DNA of 64,000 bases from Haliotis rufescens (Eukaryota), in contig NW_025964001.1 in NCBI RefSeq assembly GCF_023055435.1, positions 39,804,001-39,868,000 on the forward strand, given 5' to 3'. Below are positions 1-12,372 of this stretch, one piece after another (positions within the stretch are counted from its first letter, which is position 1; each line of letters begins with the position of its first letter). The notes under the pieces are model-generated. The model worked only from the letters and a program-made list of their open reading frames with translations, was not told where the DNA came from and ran no database searches. The position numbers were made by a program, and so were the translations under genes.

Positions 1-77
1 TCCTCCCACATTAAGCTGACACGCCGCGATATAACTGGAATAACGTTAAAAGCGGCGTAAAACTCAACTCACTCACT
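1..77 (+). mobile_element. SINE family B, 3' fragment cut by the window edge
   Basis: tcctcccacattaagctgacacgccg...gcggcgtaaaac(actc)n matches the 3' part of the full copies at 2120-2396 and 32181-32464. Confidence 0.9.
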
Positions 78-297
78 AGACTCGAACCATGATCAGCGGA
101 TCCTTGCATGGCTAGGGGACGCAAACCTCCTCCCGTGCATCCATGGCCTGTGTGTGTAAACGGTACGACACGCAACGTTCTTGTAGTTGCACTAAATATT
201 GTTATCCCAGTACCTATAGTTAATAATAAATACTAAAAGTTCAGTAGCATGCAGGCCCAATACAAATATGAAGAAACAGACGTGTTAACAGAAAATA

Positions 298-560
298 ACC
301 AGTGAAACATGCGGGTTAGAATAGGTCTTCAGCAACCCATGCTTGCCGTAAAAGGCGACTATGCTGGTTGTAATGGGCGACTAACGGGATCGGGTGGTCA
401 GGCTCGCTGACTTGGTTGATGCATGTCATCGTATCCCGAATGCGTGGATCGGAGCTCATGATGTCAATCACTGGATTGTCTGATCCAGACTCGATTACTT
501 ACATCCGCCGTCATATAGCTTTAATATTGCTGAGTGCGGCGTTAAACAAAAAAATCCCCA
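298..560 (+). mobile_element. Short retroposon family C (non-tRNA structured head)
   Basis: Aligns over its length with the copies at 35385-35640 and 38008-38268; head gggttagaataggtcttcagcaaccc, tail gctgagtgcggcgttaaac. Confidence 0.9.
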
Positions 561-725
561 AAACAACGAAAAAAGCGAGTGAGTTGGTCTCAAGATTCAC
601 TTCGTCGTCATACATCAGAAGAACACACCAACAGATGGCTTGAAATTAACCACCTACATAAGGAATCAAACCCTGTCCTGTTCGGGACAAGCGAACGCTT
701 CCCAACTGCCCTATCAGCATGATGA

Positions 726-935
726 AATTCCGTGCATATCCGGGTTAGAATTGGTCTTCAAGCAACCCATGATTGTAGTAAGAAGCGACTGACGCGATCG
801 GGAGGTCAGGCTCGCTGTCGCCACATTGCGTAGATCGATGCTCATGATGTCAATCACTGGATTAGACTCGATTATTTACAGACCGCCGTCATATTACCAA
901 ACTATTGCTGTGTGCGGCGTTAAAAAATAACCAGC
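726..935 (+). mobile_element. Family C copy with internal deletions
   Basis: Same head and tail motifs; flanked by catgatga direct repeat (718-725 / 936-943), a likely TSD. Confidence 0.85.
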
Positions 936-2119
936 CATGATGAGCCAGTATCTGCAAGATCAGTAACAACGTTAGAAGAGGAACGACTCCAGAAAATTGC
1001 CGCGAGGTGATGAAATCCACCTCCGACTTACGCTATCAGGTCCACTGTCCAAACGAAGACGAGAGTCCTTCATTAGTGATACCTGTCTATTAGATTGGAG
1101 GCGACCTAATCCATTCGATTTCGCCTAAATTAGAAATTATTTCCCCTGAAATATTCTTTAAGCCAGCTCACGAAGCCAAGGATGTAATATAGCGTGAGTG
1201 TGTTATTCAGGTTGACGAAGGTTGCAATGACCTGTTTTGGGCGTAAGGTAAAGTTATGTCCCTTGATGTTTATCTTGCTTGAAAGTAAGTTCTTTCTCCT
1301 GTGCGGTGTTATTCAGGTTTGTCTTCAATCACTTACTCCGCACATTATGCTGAAACGGCGAGGTAAGGCTTCCGGACCTTTGTGCTACATTAGAGGGTTT
1401 CTGTTTCTCACTGGACATGCCGGAATTAAAATATTTGAGTTGAAATCGGATTTAACCTGACCTCGGTCCTCGAAACCTCGAGCCAAGGCAAGCAACGGCG
1501 GACACGTCGCCGTAACTGGGGAATTAGAGAACGAAAAAAAACAGCCACTGTATTCTCAGTGGAAACGGATTGTCATAAAGTTTAACTCCTCCATAAATCG
1601 AGGTCTAGCTTCTCAAATAAATTGTGTTTACGGCGGATGGGTGACAGAGAAGGAAATAAGAATGGGAATACAGTAGGAATCAAAGATCGCAGTCTAAATG
1701 TGATGGAGACGCTGTTTTGACAAATGGAAGCAGTTAAGGCCATTGGAACTGATGTTGTTTTTCACATCTGTCGGTATCGGTATTTTAGCTCTAGACGATG
1801 GAGAAACATAATAGGAATCGCCATCATCTAATTTGTTTCCCCTCAGGCTTGCAACAGATACCAAGGACCATGGCCAATGAGAGCCCCCATGGATGTCACG
1901 TGACGAGTGAGCTGATATCCTTTGCAAGCTCAGCGTCCAAACTCTTACTTTACTATATCTGTTCAATATCTCTCAACATCAGTGCAATTTCATGGATAAT
2001 TGAGCATGATCACATTGGGTATATCAAATATTCTAAACATTCTTAACATTCTTGAAACGATTAACCATAGCTTAAGGATATGGTACTATTCCTACTTACC
2101 TAAAGTTAATGACATCCGC

Positions 2120-2396
2120 GAGGGCACAGATGGCTCACACGTCTAAGGCGCCGCGATTCACTGTGCAGAGTTGCGTCCCATGGCACGCTAGAAACCCATG
2201 ATTGTGAGTTTGAACCCCTGTTCGCCCCGATTATGTTTCTTGGTTTGTCAGCACCATACCCGTCCTCGTGGGTTTCACCGAAGTGGTAAACGTCTGAGAC
2301 CTGCATGACTTCGGGCTTTCCTCCCACATTAAGCTGACAGGCCGTGATATAACTGGAATACTGTTAAAAGTGGCGTTAACCCCAACTCACTCACTA
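2120..2396 (+). mobile_element. SINE family B, full length (tRNA-Leu-like head, V-domain-like body)
   Basis: Box A/B-like motifs; gtgggtttc...ctttcctcccaca resembles the V-SINE domain; (actc)n tail; TSD acatccgc at 2112-2119 / 2397-2404. Confidence 0.9.
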
Positions 2397-2499
2397 ACAT
2401 CCGCCATTAATATCTGGAAACAAGGTTTGCCTGAATGTTCAACCACGACAACGCTACCACACAGTACACAGATAGATAACGGGTTACATACAGAGTACC

Positions 2500-2860
2500 A
2501 GGTTACAACTTCAGAAACCCATGCTTGTCGTAAGGGGCGACTAACGGGATGAGGTGGTCAGGCTCGCTGTCTGGTACGTCATCGCATCCCACTTGCCTAG
2601 ATTGATGCTCACGATGTCAATCATTGGGTTGTCTGCGACAGACTCAATTACTTACGGTGGGGCAGGATAGCTCACCTTTTCGCGAACACCTGGTATCATT
2701 ACTATTTGATAGTGATTCATAAACACATGCTCCTTATGTAGGCGAAATCGTATAATCGACTCTGCTTAATGCAGAATCCCTTTGGGATATGGAAAGGGTT
2801 TTGCCGCTTTATTAACAGACCGCCGCTGGAATGTTGCTGAGAGCGGCACTGAAAACATTA
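2500..2860 (+). mobile_element. Family C copy interrupted by a family E fragment
   Basis: C body to about 2655, unrelated insert about 2656-2810, then C tail acagaccgccgctggaatgttgctgagagcggc. Confidence 0.75.
2656..2775 (+). mobile_element. Dispersed repeat family E (class unknown)
   Basis: gcaggatagctcaccttttcgcgaacacctggtatcat recurs at about 37700-37735 (+) and 59660-59785 (-). Confidence 0.7.
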
Positions 2861-3005
2861 ACAGAGATATAGTACTCCAAATATGTCTATTAACTAACTA
2901 CTTAGTTGATATTATGTGAAATGACAGCCGAAAGAAACTTTACCACTTTAAAATGAAATTGCAAAAATGGAAAAAAGAAAAAATTTAAACTAAATCAAAG
3001 GATAA

Positions 3006-3113
3006 GAACTGACCCAGGCCCTCCAAGAAGAATGGCCACGTATCCCACGTAACGTCATCAGGGGTTTTGCGTGTCTTGAAGCAGGGGGGGGGGGGGGGTA
3101 TACACGCTATTAA
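3006..3113 (+). pseudogene. Tc1-family transposase C-terminal relic
   Basis: Translates ELTQALQEEWPRIPRNVIRGF..ACLEAGG..GYTRY*, matching the typical Tc1 C-terminus (ALQEEWxxIP...ACIxAxGGxTRY*), with an internal deletion and a poly-G expansion. Confidence 0.8.
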
Positions 3114-3515
3114 TGTGACGTGTCATTGTAATATGTAAAATTACTCGCTGTTTGTTGATCCTCGCGACATGACGGTCAACTTCCCTGATGTTCTGCGCAT
3201 GCCTAGTTTGTGTGTTTTAGTGCTGCCGTTTCCATGTTTTCGCCAGCGTGCTCGCAGATTTAGGCCTGTCAGTGGGCTAGACCAATATGTGTACTGATGG
3301 CGTAGATTGGTTGAAGTTCAGCCAACGAGTGGATCAGCGACAGGGATTGGTTGGTTGTATGGCCAGGTAATGCTGCAATTACAGTGATCCAAGGACGCGT
3401 CAAACCAGCGGTGAAGCGTTTAACAACTGATTCTACTTTCAAACGTCCTATCAGTGATTATTAGCCGCTCTTGACAACAAACACGGAGATTGCGATTATG
3501 TTATTATATAGGAAG

Positions 3516-3664
3516 GGTGAGTGAGTATGGTTTTACGCCGCTTTTAGCAATATTCCAGAGGAGGACACTAAATGGAGGAAATGGGCTAAACACATTGTAC
3601 CCATGTACCCGGGTCTTCGGCGTGATGAGCCAACGCTTTAACCTCAAGGCTACCCGACCGCCCC
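3516..3664 (-). mobile_element. SINE family A (tRNA-Asp/Val-like head)
   Basis: Matches 35168-35331; TSD ttattatat(a/g)ggaag at 3501-3515 / 3665-3679 (14/15). Confidence 0.9.
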
Positions 3665-4149
3665 TTATTATATGGGAAGATCACGAAGCGAAAATACGTT
3701 ATCACCAACTCGTTTGAAATATCTTTAAAAAAAGATCCATTAGATTTCTTTGCTCATGGTATAGTCGGAATGGTACAACCGACTCTACTTTTAGCAGATA
3801 TGTCTTATGAATATATAAAAAGTTTTGTCGGTATTTGTTTTCATTTATGAAGCTTATACAGAACAGTTATATGGTGTTACGGGGCAAGATTGCAAAATAC
3901 GAATAAACAAAGAAGTATACTTAACTGATAAACGATAATAATGAAATTATTGTTTAATCATTTATGCTGACGAAATCTTATTCAAACGATCACATTGTAT
4001 AATTCATTGCTTAGATACATTTAGATACGTCACGTGTTTTTTTAGGTTCATAATGTTTGACATGCGTTTTGTTTTCCCCCAATAAAATACATAATTGATG
4101 GCCACAAGACTCGTTATTCTGCTGAGTAAAATGGTGAGTTAAGTTTTAG

Positions 4150-4196
4150 TGTGATTAAATGTCGCGTCTAAGATTATTGCACTTTTAGAGTGCATT

Positions 4197-4239
<43 letters not shown>

Positions 4240-4462
4240 GGACTTATGCCGATATTATTGTGCTGGCTCACTGAAATACCACGCCGCAGTTTTAACAGAA
4301 TATCCCACTCGGACACAGTATACTGACTCTGGGCCGACCAGTCCTTGCCTGAGCTCCTTAATGCAATCTTTTAACGTCTTTTGATATGACGCGGCCGAGG
4401 ATCGAACCCCGGATCTTCCCTCTCCTGGCGGTCGCTCTACCACTAGACCACGGAGACGGTCG
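4150..4462 (-). mobile_element. SINE family D, older copy; left arm of the head-to-head pair
   Basis: tRNA-like head with boxes tggtctagtgg and ggttcgatcc, body gactggtcggcc..gtcagtatactgtg, (CA)n tract and shared 3' tail. Confidence 0.85.
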
Positions 4463-4467
4463 TTAGA

Positions 4468-4830
4468 GGTGAGGTGAGGTGAAATGGGGTTTAACGTCGC
4501 GTCCAAGATTATTGCACTTATATAGCGACGTGCATGTACGTGTGTGTGTGTGTGTTTGTGTGCCTGCTTGTACTAGTCCGGACTGATATCGATTTATAGT
4601 GCTAGCTCACTAAGATACCATGCCGCAGTTTAACATGAATACCCCACTCAGACACAGTATACTGACTCCGAGCCGACCAGTCCTTGCTTTAGCCCCTTAA
4701 TGCCGAGCGCCAGACAGGGTAACAACAAGTACTATCTTTTAACGTCTTTTAGTATGACGCGGTCGGGGATGGAACCCCGGACCTTCCGCTCTCCGGGCGG
4801 ACGCTCTACCACTAGACCACGGAGGCGGTC
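4468..4830 (-). mobile_element. SINE family D, full length (tRNA head, Meta/MESC-like domain, (CA)n, (cctca)n tail)
   Basis: TSD gacgg(t/c)cgttaga at 4455-4467 / 4831-4843; inserted at the 5' end of the previous D copy. Confidence 0.92.
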
Positions 4831-4957
4831 GACGGCCGTTAGAAATATGGAGACGCATAGGTTTAGCTGAACGACAGCGTATTTCCTTTATGATTATATT
4901 CGTTGATGACATACATATGTGCCACATGATGTTTATGAAGTATAACGTGTAACAATG

Positions 4958-5310
4958 AAGACCACATCCGTGGCATAAAGGATAGAGCGTCTTCCCGGAT
5001 AGAGGAAGATCGTGGTTCGAACCCCGGCCGCGCAATACGTTAGACTTGTAAAGATAATGCTTCAATTGTTGTTACCCTGCCTGGCGCTGGGCATTGAGGA
5101 GAAAAGACAAGGACTGATTGACTCGGAGTCAGCTTACTGTATCTAAGTGGGGTACCCATGTCAAACTGCGGCATGATATCTCGGTGGGCTGGTACTTTAA
5201 AACCGGCATGAGTCCGCACACACACGCGCACGCACACGCACACACACACGCACACGCACACACACACCATGCACACTTCTATAGAAGCGCTATAATCTTG
5301 AACAATTTAA
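4958..5310 (+). mobile_element. SINE family D, diverged variant; right arm of the head-to-head pair
   Basis: Variant head gtggcataaaggatagagcg, D body, (CA/CG)n tract and degraded tail. Confidence 0.85.
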
Positions 5311-6099
5311 CAATGAAAATGATAAATTACGTTCTCTCATCTGAAAGCATCAATGGTGTGTGTATCATTTCGTTTGTTATCTCTGTTTATTAATGCTTTA
5401 TTTGAAAAAAGCGAACCCCAAAACAATACGTATCTTGGCTGACCATGCGATACAAATTGCAATAGAATTGTTTAACTTTATACGTAGGTATTAAATATAC
5501 ACACGTCTTTCCTGCTAAAATCCCCTTTTTAAACAATCGTAATGGCCAGTGCTTTGGATATGGCAAGTGACACGAAAGCGTAAATGAAAATGCCAGTGTT
5601 GGTTTTCTGATGGTAAAAGATCTTTCTGATATCTTGACAAACTGTTTTGTCATTAAACAGTTGCTAATTTCAAATCACCAATACGTACCGAGACGACATT
5701 GTGTCTTCATCATTCTGAACAGTACGCTCAAGTAACTGACATCGAATTGTTCTTCAGTTGACTTTCACATACACGGCTATGGGCGTCCTCACTGATTTGA
5801 CTGGCTGGAGTTCTCATTGCCTAATTCCTGGTAACCCTTCTCGATTCCAGCAGAAAAGATTTGATCAAAACAAAGTCATGGTCTTTTCGTCTTTCAAGAA
5901 TGTTTAGACGTTGTTCAGGATGTAATCTTCTCCAAGCGGTGAGTGCTGAAAATGCTCTGGCCTGTCATCACCAGAACCATTACTACAAGGAGAACTGCAC
6001 CACGCTGAGTATAATCAAAACCTGGTTTCACTGAAACAAGCAACAATTGGCTTGATGTACTCAGAACAGGTTGTTACACCGAGATCGTCAGCTTTCTAG

Positions 6100-7850
6100 A
6101 CATATTCAGAGTCTGTTGTTACATCGAAACCAACACTAAACTGAATATATCCAGAACATCTTGTTACATCGAACCCAGCCCTTCCTTGAACATAATCCGA
6201 ACAGTTTTCATCGAGACCAAATTTACATATATCAAGAACAGGATGTTACGCTCGGACCAACACTACACTGGACGTAACCAGAAAGTGTTACATCAAAACC
6301 AACACTACACTGGATATACCCAGTACATGTTACATCGAGACCAATACTACACTGGATATATCCAGAACATGTTACACCGAGACCAACACTACACTGGATA
6401 TACCCAGAACATGTTACACCGAGACCAACACTACACTGGATATATCCAGAACATGTTACATCGAGACCAACACTACACTGGATATACCCAGTACATGTTA
6501 CACCGAGACCAACACTACACTGGATATATCCAGAACATGTTACATCGAGACCAACACTACACTGGATATACCCAGAACATGTTACATCGAGACCAACACT
6601 ACACTGGATATACCCAGTACATGTTACACCGAGACCAACACTACACTGGATATACCCAGAACATGTTACACCGAGACCAACACTACACTGGATATATCCA
6701 GAACATGTTACATCGAGACCAACACTACACTGGATATATCCAGAACATGTTACATCGAGACCAACACTACACTGGATATATCCAGAACATGTTACATCGA
6801 GACCAACACTACACTGGATATATCCAGAACATGTTACATCGAGACCAACACTACACTGGATATACCCAGTACATGTTACATCGAGACCAATACTACACTG
6901 GATATACCCAGAACATGTTGAAACGAGGCCAACACTACACTGGATATATCCAGACAATGTTAAATCGAGACCAACACTACACTGGATATACCCAGAACAT
7001 GTTACATCGAGACCAACACTACACTGGATATATCCAGACAATGTTAAATCGAGCCCAACACTACACTGGATATATCCAGAACATGTTACACCGAGACCAA
7101 CACTACACTGGATCTACCCAGAACATGTTGAAACGAGGCCAACACTACACTGGATATATCCAGACAATGTTAAATCGAGACCAACACTACACGGGATATA
7201 TCCAGAATATATTGCACCAACACCAACACTACACTGGATATACCAAGAACATGTTACACCGAGACCAACACTACACTGGATATATCCAGAACATGTTACA
7301 TCGAGACCAACACTACACTGAATATATCCAGACAATGTTAAATCGAGCCCAACACTACACTGGATATATCCAGAACATGTTACATCGAGACCAACACTAC
7401 ACTGAATATACCCAGAACATGTTGAAACGAGGCCAACACTACACTGGATATATCCAGACAATGTTAAATCGAGACCAACACTACACGGGATATATCCAGA
7501 ATATATTGCACCAACACCAACACTACACTGGATATACCAAGAACATGTTACACCGAGACCAACACTACACTGGATATATCCAGAACATGTTAAATCGAGC
7601 CCAACACTACACTGAATATATCTAGAACATGATGTAACACCGAGCCCAACACTACACTGGATATACCAAGAACATGTTACATCGAGACCAACACTACACT
7701 GAATATATCAAGAACATGATGTAACACCGAGCCCAACACTACACTTGATATACCAAGAACATGTTACATCGAGACCAACACTACACTGGATATATCCAGA
7801 ACATGATGTAACACCGAGCCCAACACTACACTGGATATAGAGAGAACAAG
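6100..7850. repeat. Minisatellite, 42-bp unit, about 38 clear copies
   Basis: Unit gagaccaacactacactggatatatccagaacatgttacatc; explains ORF 6186..7625 (14-aa repeat). Confidence 0.97.
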
Positions 7851-8299
7851 ATGTCCATCAATAGTCTGTTCGTGAAACAACTTCCTCGGTGTTTATCAAA
7901 GAATAAAGAAAATGTGTTTTGTGTTGAGCATAAGCCTCGAGGTTTTAGAAGTCAACGCAAGCGTGCTATAAGGATCTGAAAGGACATTCTTTTACAGAAA
8001 AATCGATATTGCGCAATGTACTGCTAGCATAGAAATGAAACTTTAAACATTGCGTGTGAAGTTATCATCTATGTCCCTTGATACACGTGTACAAGTCACA
8101 TCAGATTCCACATAAATTTTAAACCTTTTAGAATCTGCAAACCACATCTATAACATTCCTGTGTTGGATTACAAATTTACATGACCGCTAGTCTGTGTAT
8201 GCCACGACCGAAAGTCGGCCCTATGAAATACACACATTAATATTTCAAATGATATTTTATCATCAATGCCTTTAAAAGGTTACACTGATACGGTTGCAG

Positions 8300-8800
8300 T
8301 GTCAGAACCCCGATACGTATGGTGTTGTACAGAGAAGGACATTTGACCTTGGTGTTGAGACTAGCAGCGCTCTGTAACTCGACGGGGAAGTGCGTTCATA
8401 TATTCTTAAATTCGACCCAGGGGTTTTAGAAATATCTTTTTCGCTCTCACGGCATGATATCTCCAGGTTTGGAAGCAGATCGCGGTTATACTTGAGTATT
8501 GATAATTGGCCTCGTCCCCGGGTCAAGGCATCGATTGGTCAGATCACGATTGGTCTCCTTGTACAACAGTTTGTTGTAACGTGTGTAGTTGCCATGTAAT
8601 CACACAGGATGGTACTACATTGACTGATGCAACACGCCCGGTTTGTATCATGTCCTGTGGCGGCTTATTGTAAGAAGAACTCGATTTGAGGACATTACTG
8701 GAAGGTTGGGGACGATGAAACACCAGAGGAACAGTGGTCTCCCTTTGACTAAACCAGGCACAGGGGGATGGAGACACCAGTTGTAGGGCCAATATTGACA
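8300..8800 (-). pseudogene. Decayed 3' end of a CR1/L2-group LINE ORF2
   Basis: With frameshifts the minus strand reads ...W.LHTLQQ...LLYK...(W>M)NALP.VELQSAASLNT.K, resembling the WNxLP...AxSLxxFK C-terminus of CR1/L2 RT proteins. Confidence 0.5.
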
Positions 8801-8896
8801 CAATCAACAGTTAATTATGTTGAAATAACAGATATAGGTCCTACAATAGTATAGACATTGGCCGTTGAGGCAGGATACATTCGAGAATTGATTTTA

Positions 8897-9035
8897 NNNN
8901 NNNNNNNNNNNNNNNNNNNNNNNNNNNNNNNNNNNNNNNNNNNNNNNNNNNNNNNNNNNNNNNNNNNNNNNNNNNNNNNNNNNNNNNNNNNNNNNNNNNN
9001 NNNNNNNNNNNNNNNNNNNNNNNNNNNNNNNNNNN
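8897..9035. other. Assembly gap (139 N)
   Basis: Run of N directly abutting the 64-bp array. Confidence 1.
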
Positions 9036-10740
9036 GAACGATGTTGATATCAACATTTACAGGTAGGATATCCACAATGGGCAAGCTAATGACTACAGAG
9101 AGGTGTTAACATCAACATTTACACAGGTAGGATGTCCACACTGGGCAAGCTAATGACTACAGAGAGGTGTTCACATCAACATTTACACAGGTAGGATGTC
9201 CACACTGGGCAAGCTAATGACTACAGAGATGTGTTAACATCAACATTTACACAGGTAGGATATCCACAATGGGCAAGCTAATGACTACAGAGAGGTGTTA
9301 ACATCAACATTTACACAGGTAGGATGTCCACACTGGGCAAGCTAATGGCTACAGAGATGTGTTAACATCAACATTTACACAGGTAGGATGTCCACACTGG
9401 GCAAGCTAATGACTACAGAGATGTGTTAACATCAACATTTACACAGGTAGGATGTTCACACTGGGCAAGCTAATGGCTACAGAGAGGTGTTAACATCAAC
9501 ATTGACACAGGTAGGATGTCCACACTGGGCAAGCTAATGACTACAGAGAGGTGTTAACATCAACATTTACACAGGTAGGATGTCCACACTGGGCAAGCCA
9601 ATGGCTACAGAGAGGTGTTAACATCAACATTGACACAGGTAGGATGTCCACACTGGGCAAGCCAATGGCTACAGAGAGGTGTTAACATCAACATTTACAC
9701 AGGTAGGATGTCCACACTGGGCAAGCCAATGGCTACAGAGAGGTGTTAACATCAACATTTACACAGGTAGGATGTCCACACTGGGCAAGCCAATGGCTAC
9801 AGAGAGGTGTTAACATCAACATTTACACAGGTAGGATGTCCACACTGGGCAAGCCAATGGCTACAGAGAGGTGTTAACATCAACATTTACACAGGTAGGA
9901 TGTCCACACTGGGCAAGCCAATGGCTACAGAGAGGTGTTAACATCAACATTTACACAGGTAGGATGTCCACACTGGGCAAGCTAATGACTACAGAGAGGT
10001 GTTAACATCAACATTTACACAGGAAGGATGTCCACACTGGGCAAGCTAATGACTACAGAGATGTGTTAACATCAACATTTACACAGGTAGGATGTCCTCA
10101 CTGGGCAAGCTAATGACTACAGAGATGTGTTAACATCAACATTTACACAGGTAGGATGTCCACACTGTGCAAGCTAATGACTACAGAGATGTGATAACAT
10201 CAACATTTACACAGGTAGGATGTCCACACTGGGCAAGCTAATGACTACAGAGAGGTGTTAACATCAACATTTACAGGTAGGATGTCCACACTGGGCAAGC
10301 TAATGACTCCAGAGAGGTGTTAACATCAACATTTACACAGGTAGGATATCCACACTGGGCAAGCTAATGGCTACAGAGAGGTGTTAACATCAACATTTAC
10401 ACAGGTAGGATGTCCACACTGGGCAAGCTAATGACTACAGAGATGTGTTAACATCAACATTTACACAGGTAGGATGTCCACACTGGGCAAGCTAATGACT
10501 ACAGACATGTGTTAACATCAACATTTACACAGGTAGGATGTCCACACTGGGCAAGCTAATGACTACAGAGAGGTGTTAACATCAACATTTACAGGTAGGA
10601 TGTCCACACTGGGCAAGCTAATGACTACAGAGAGGTGTTCACATCAACATTTACACAGGTAGGATGTCCACACTGGGAAAGCCAAATACTACATGGAGGT
10701 GTTAACATCAACATTTACACATGTAGGATGTCCACACATC
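9036..10740. repeat. Minisatellite, 64-bp unit, about 26 copies
   Basis: Unit gtgttaacatcaacatttacacaggtaggatgtccacactgggcaagctaatgactacagagag. Confidence 0.98.
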
Positions 10741-10878
10741 TAACACATCCTGATGATGAAATCCGTTGTGTAGACCTGCCTCCCTTAGCTGCGACAGGAT
10801 CTAATGATCATAGGTTCGAATATCAAATTCGGCTCGATCATAACAATCGCACCCCTGCTCGTGGGATTCATAAAAGTG

Positions 10879-11104
10879 CTCCCCGTTAAGATCCGGGTTA
10901 GAATTGGTCCTCAGCAACCCATTCTGGGTGGCCGGGCTCGCCGACTTGGTTGATGCATGTCATCATATCCCAATTGCGTTGATCGATGCTCATGATGTTA
11001 ATCACTGGATTATCTGGTCCAGACTCGGTTATTTAAAGACCGCCGTCATACTGCTGGAATATTGCTGAGTGCGGCGTTAAACGACAAACAAGCAAACAAA
11101 CAGA
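10879..11104 (+). mobile_element. Family C copy nested in an old family B relic (about 10775-11190)
   Basis: TSD cataaaagtg at 10869-10878 / 11105-11114; B-like sequence on both sides (gctcgtggg upstream, ttcctcccatattaagctg downstream). Confidence 0.88.
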
Positions 11105-11587
11105 CATAAAAGTGTATGATTGGTTTTCCTCCCATATTAAGCTGTCACGCCGTGGAAAAACTAAACTATTGTTCAAGATACCCGCTCATCAATTAAGCAG
11201 GACGAATCTTCAACATCGAAGAAATCTTTCTTCTGCTGAAATCCTCACAAATTCCACTGTTATTCGTTAAAAAGAAACTGATTAATTCAAATTTAAAGAT
11301 AGTTAAAACATATTCAAATTCAAAAAACAAATATTTCAATGTTTTAAACAATTTAGTTTTAGGAACTTGTGTTATATTTCTACAGATTTATTGTCACTCT
11401 GAACCGAGCTCGTTGCCCCCATCGATATTGTGCTAGAAGGCCATGACAAACGACGGGAGGTACTTAGAGTGCCCATGTGTAAAGATTATTGAAAACAAAA
11501 CAACCGAATATATATGCGTTTTGTCGCTCTTGAAAGCGTCGAGAGTAATCCCTCTCGTCATTCTTTCCCAACCAGATCATAGATCTT

Positions 11588-12372
11588 GTGATGTGGGTAT
11601 ACGAGCACGGTGTAGGCAGATGTTTGATGTGGGTACACGAGCACGGTGTAGGCAGATGTTTGATGTGGGTATACGAGCACGGTGTAGGCAGATGTTTGAT
11701 GTGGGTACACGAGCACGGTGTAGGCAGATGTTTGATGCCTGTACACGCGGATGGTGGTGTCGGTTGTTTGATGCTAGTACACGAGCATGGTGTAGGCAAA
11801 TGTTTGATGCTAGTGCACGCGGATGGTGATGTCAGTTGTTTGATGCTAGTGCACGAGCATGGTGTAGGCAGATGTTTGATGCTAGTGCACGTGCATGGTG
11901 TAGGCAGATGTTTGATGCTAGTGCACGTGCATGGTGATGTCAGTTGTTTGATGTTAGTACACGAGCATGGTGTAGGCAAATGTTTGAATCTAGTGCACGC
12001 GGATGGTGATGTCAGTTGTTTGATGCTAGTCCACGAGCAGGGTGTTGTCACTTGTTTGATATTAGTGCACGTCCAGGTACTGTCAGTCGTTTGATGCATG
12101 TGCATTAGCAGGTGCTGTCACTTGTTTGATGTTAGTGCACGTCAAGGTGCTGTCACTTGTTTGATATTAGTGCACGTCAAGGTGCTGTCAGTTGTTTGAT
12201 TGTAGTGCACGTGCGGGGGCTGTCAGTTTTTTTATTGTAGTGCACGAGCGGGGTCTGTCAGTTGTTTGATTCTAGTGCACGAGCGGGGGCTGTCAGTTGT
12301 TTGATTCTAGTGCACGAGCAGGGTGTTGTCACATATTTGATTCTATTGCATGTGCAAGGGGCTGTCAGTTGC
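11588..12372. repeat. Minisatellite, 35-36-bp unit with a divergence gradient
   Basis: gatgtgggtatacgagcacggtgtaggcagatgttt drifting to gattctagtgcacgagcgggggctgtcagttgttt. Confidence 0.95.

Noticed and set aside
1847-1906. Strong acceptor ctaatttgtttcccctcag with a short downstream frame
   Set aside because: No recognisable protein or linked exons; not supportable without transcripts
5758-5938. Exon-like segment with a good acceptor and a gtgagt donor
   Set aside because: Stops in all three frames and no partner exons; at most a UTR or non-coding exon
6186-7625. 479-aa ORF of (RDQHYTGYIQNMLH)n as a repetitive structural protein
   Set aside because: Unit length is divisible by 3, so open frames occur on both strands; variants are mostly non-synonymous, the array continues past the stop, and there is no signal peptide
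9036-10740. Tandem arrays as CRISPR arrays
   Set aside because: Units are contiguous with no unique spacers, there are no cas genes, and the context is eukaryotic
10750-10765. CTGATGA..GAAA hammerhead core (also at about 56095)
   Set aside because: No stem II between the motifs and no stem I/III pairing
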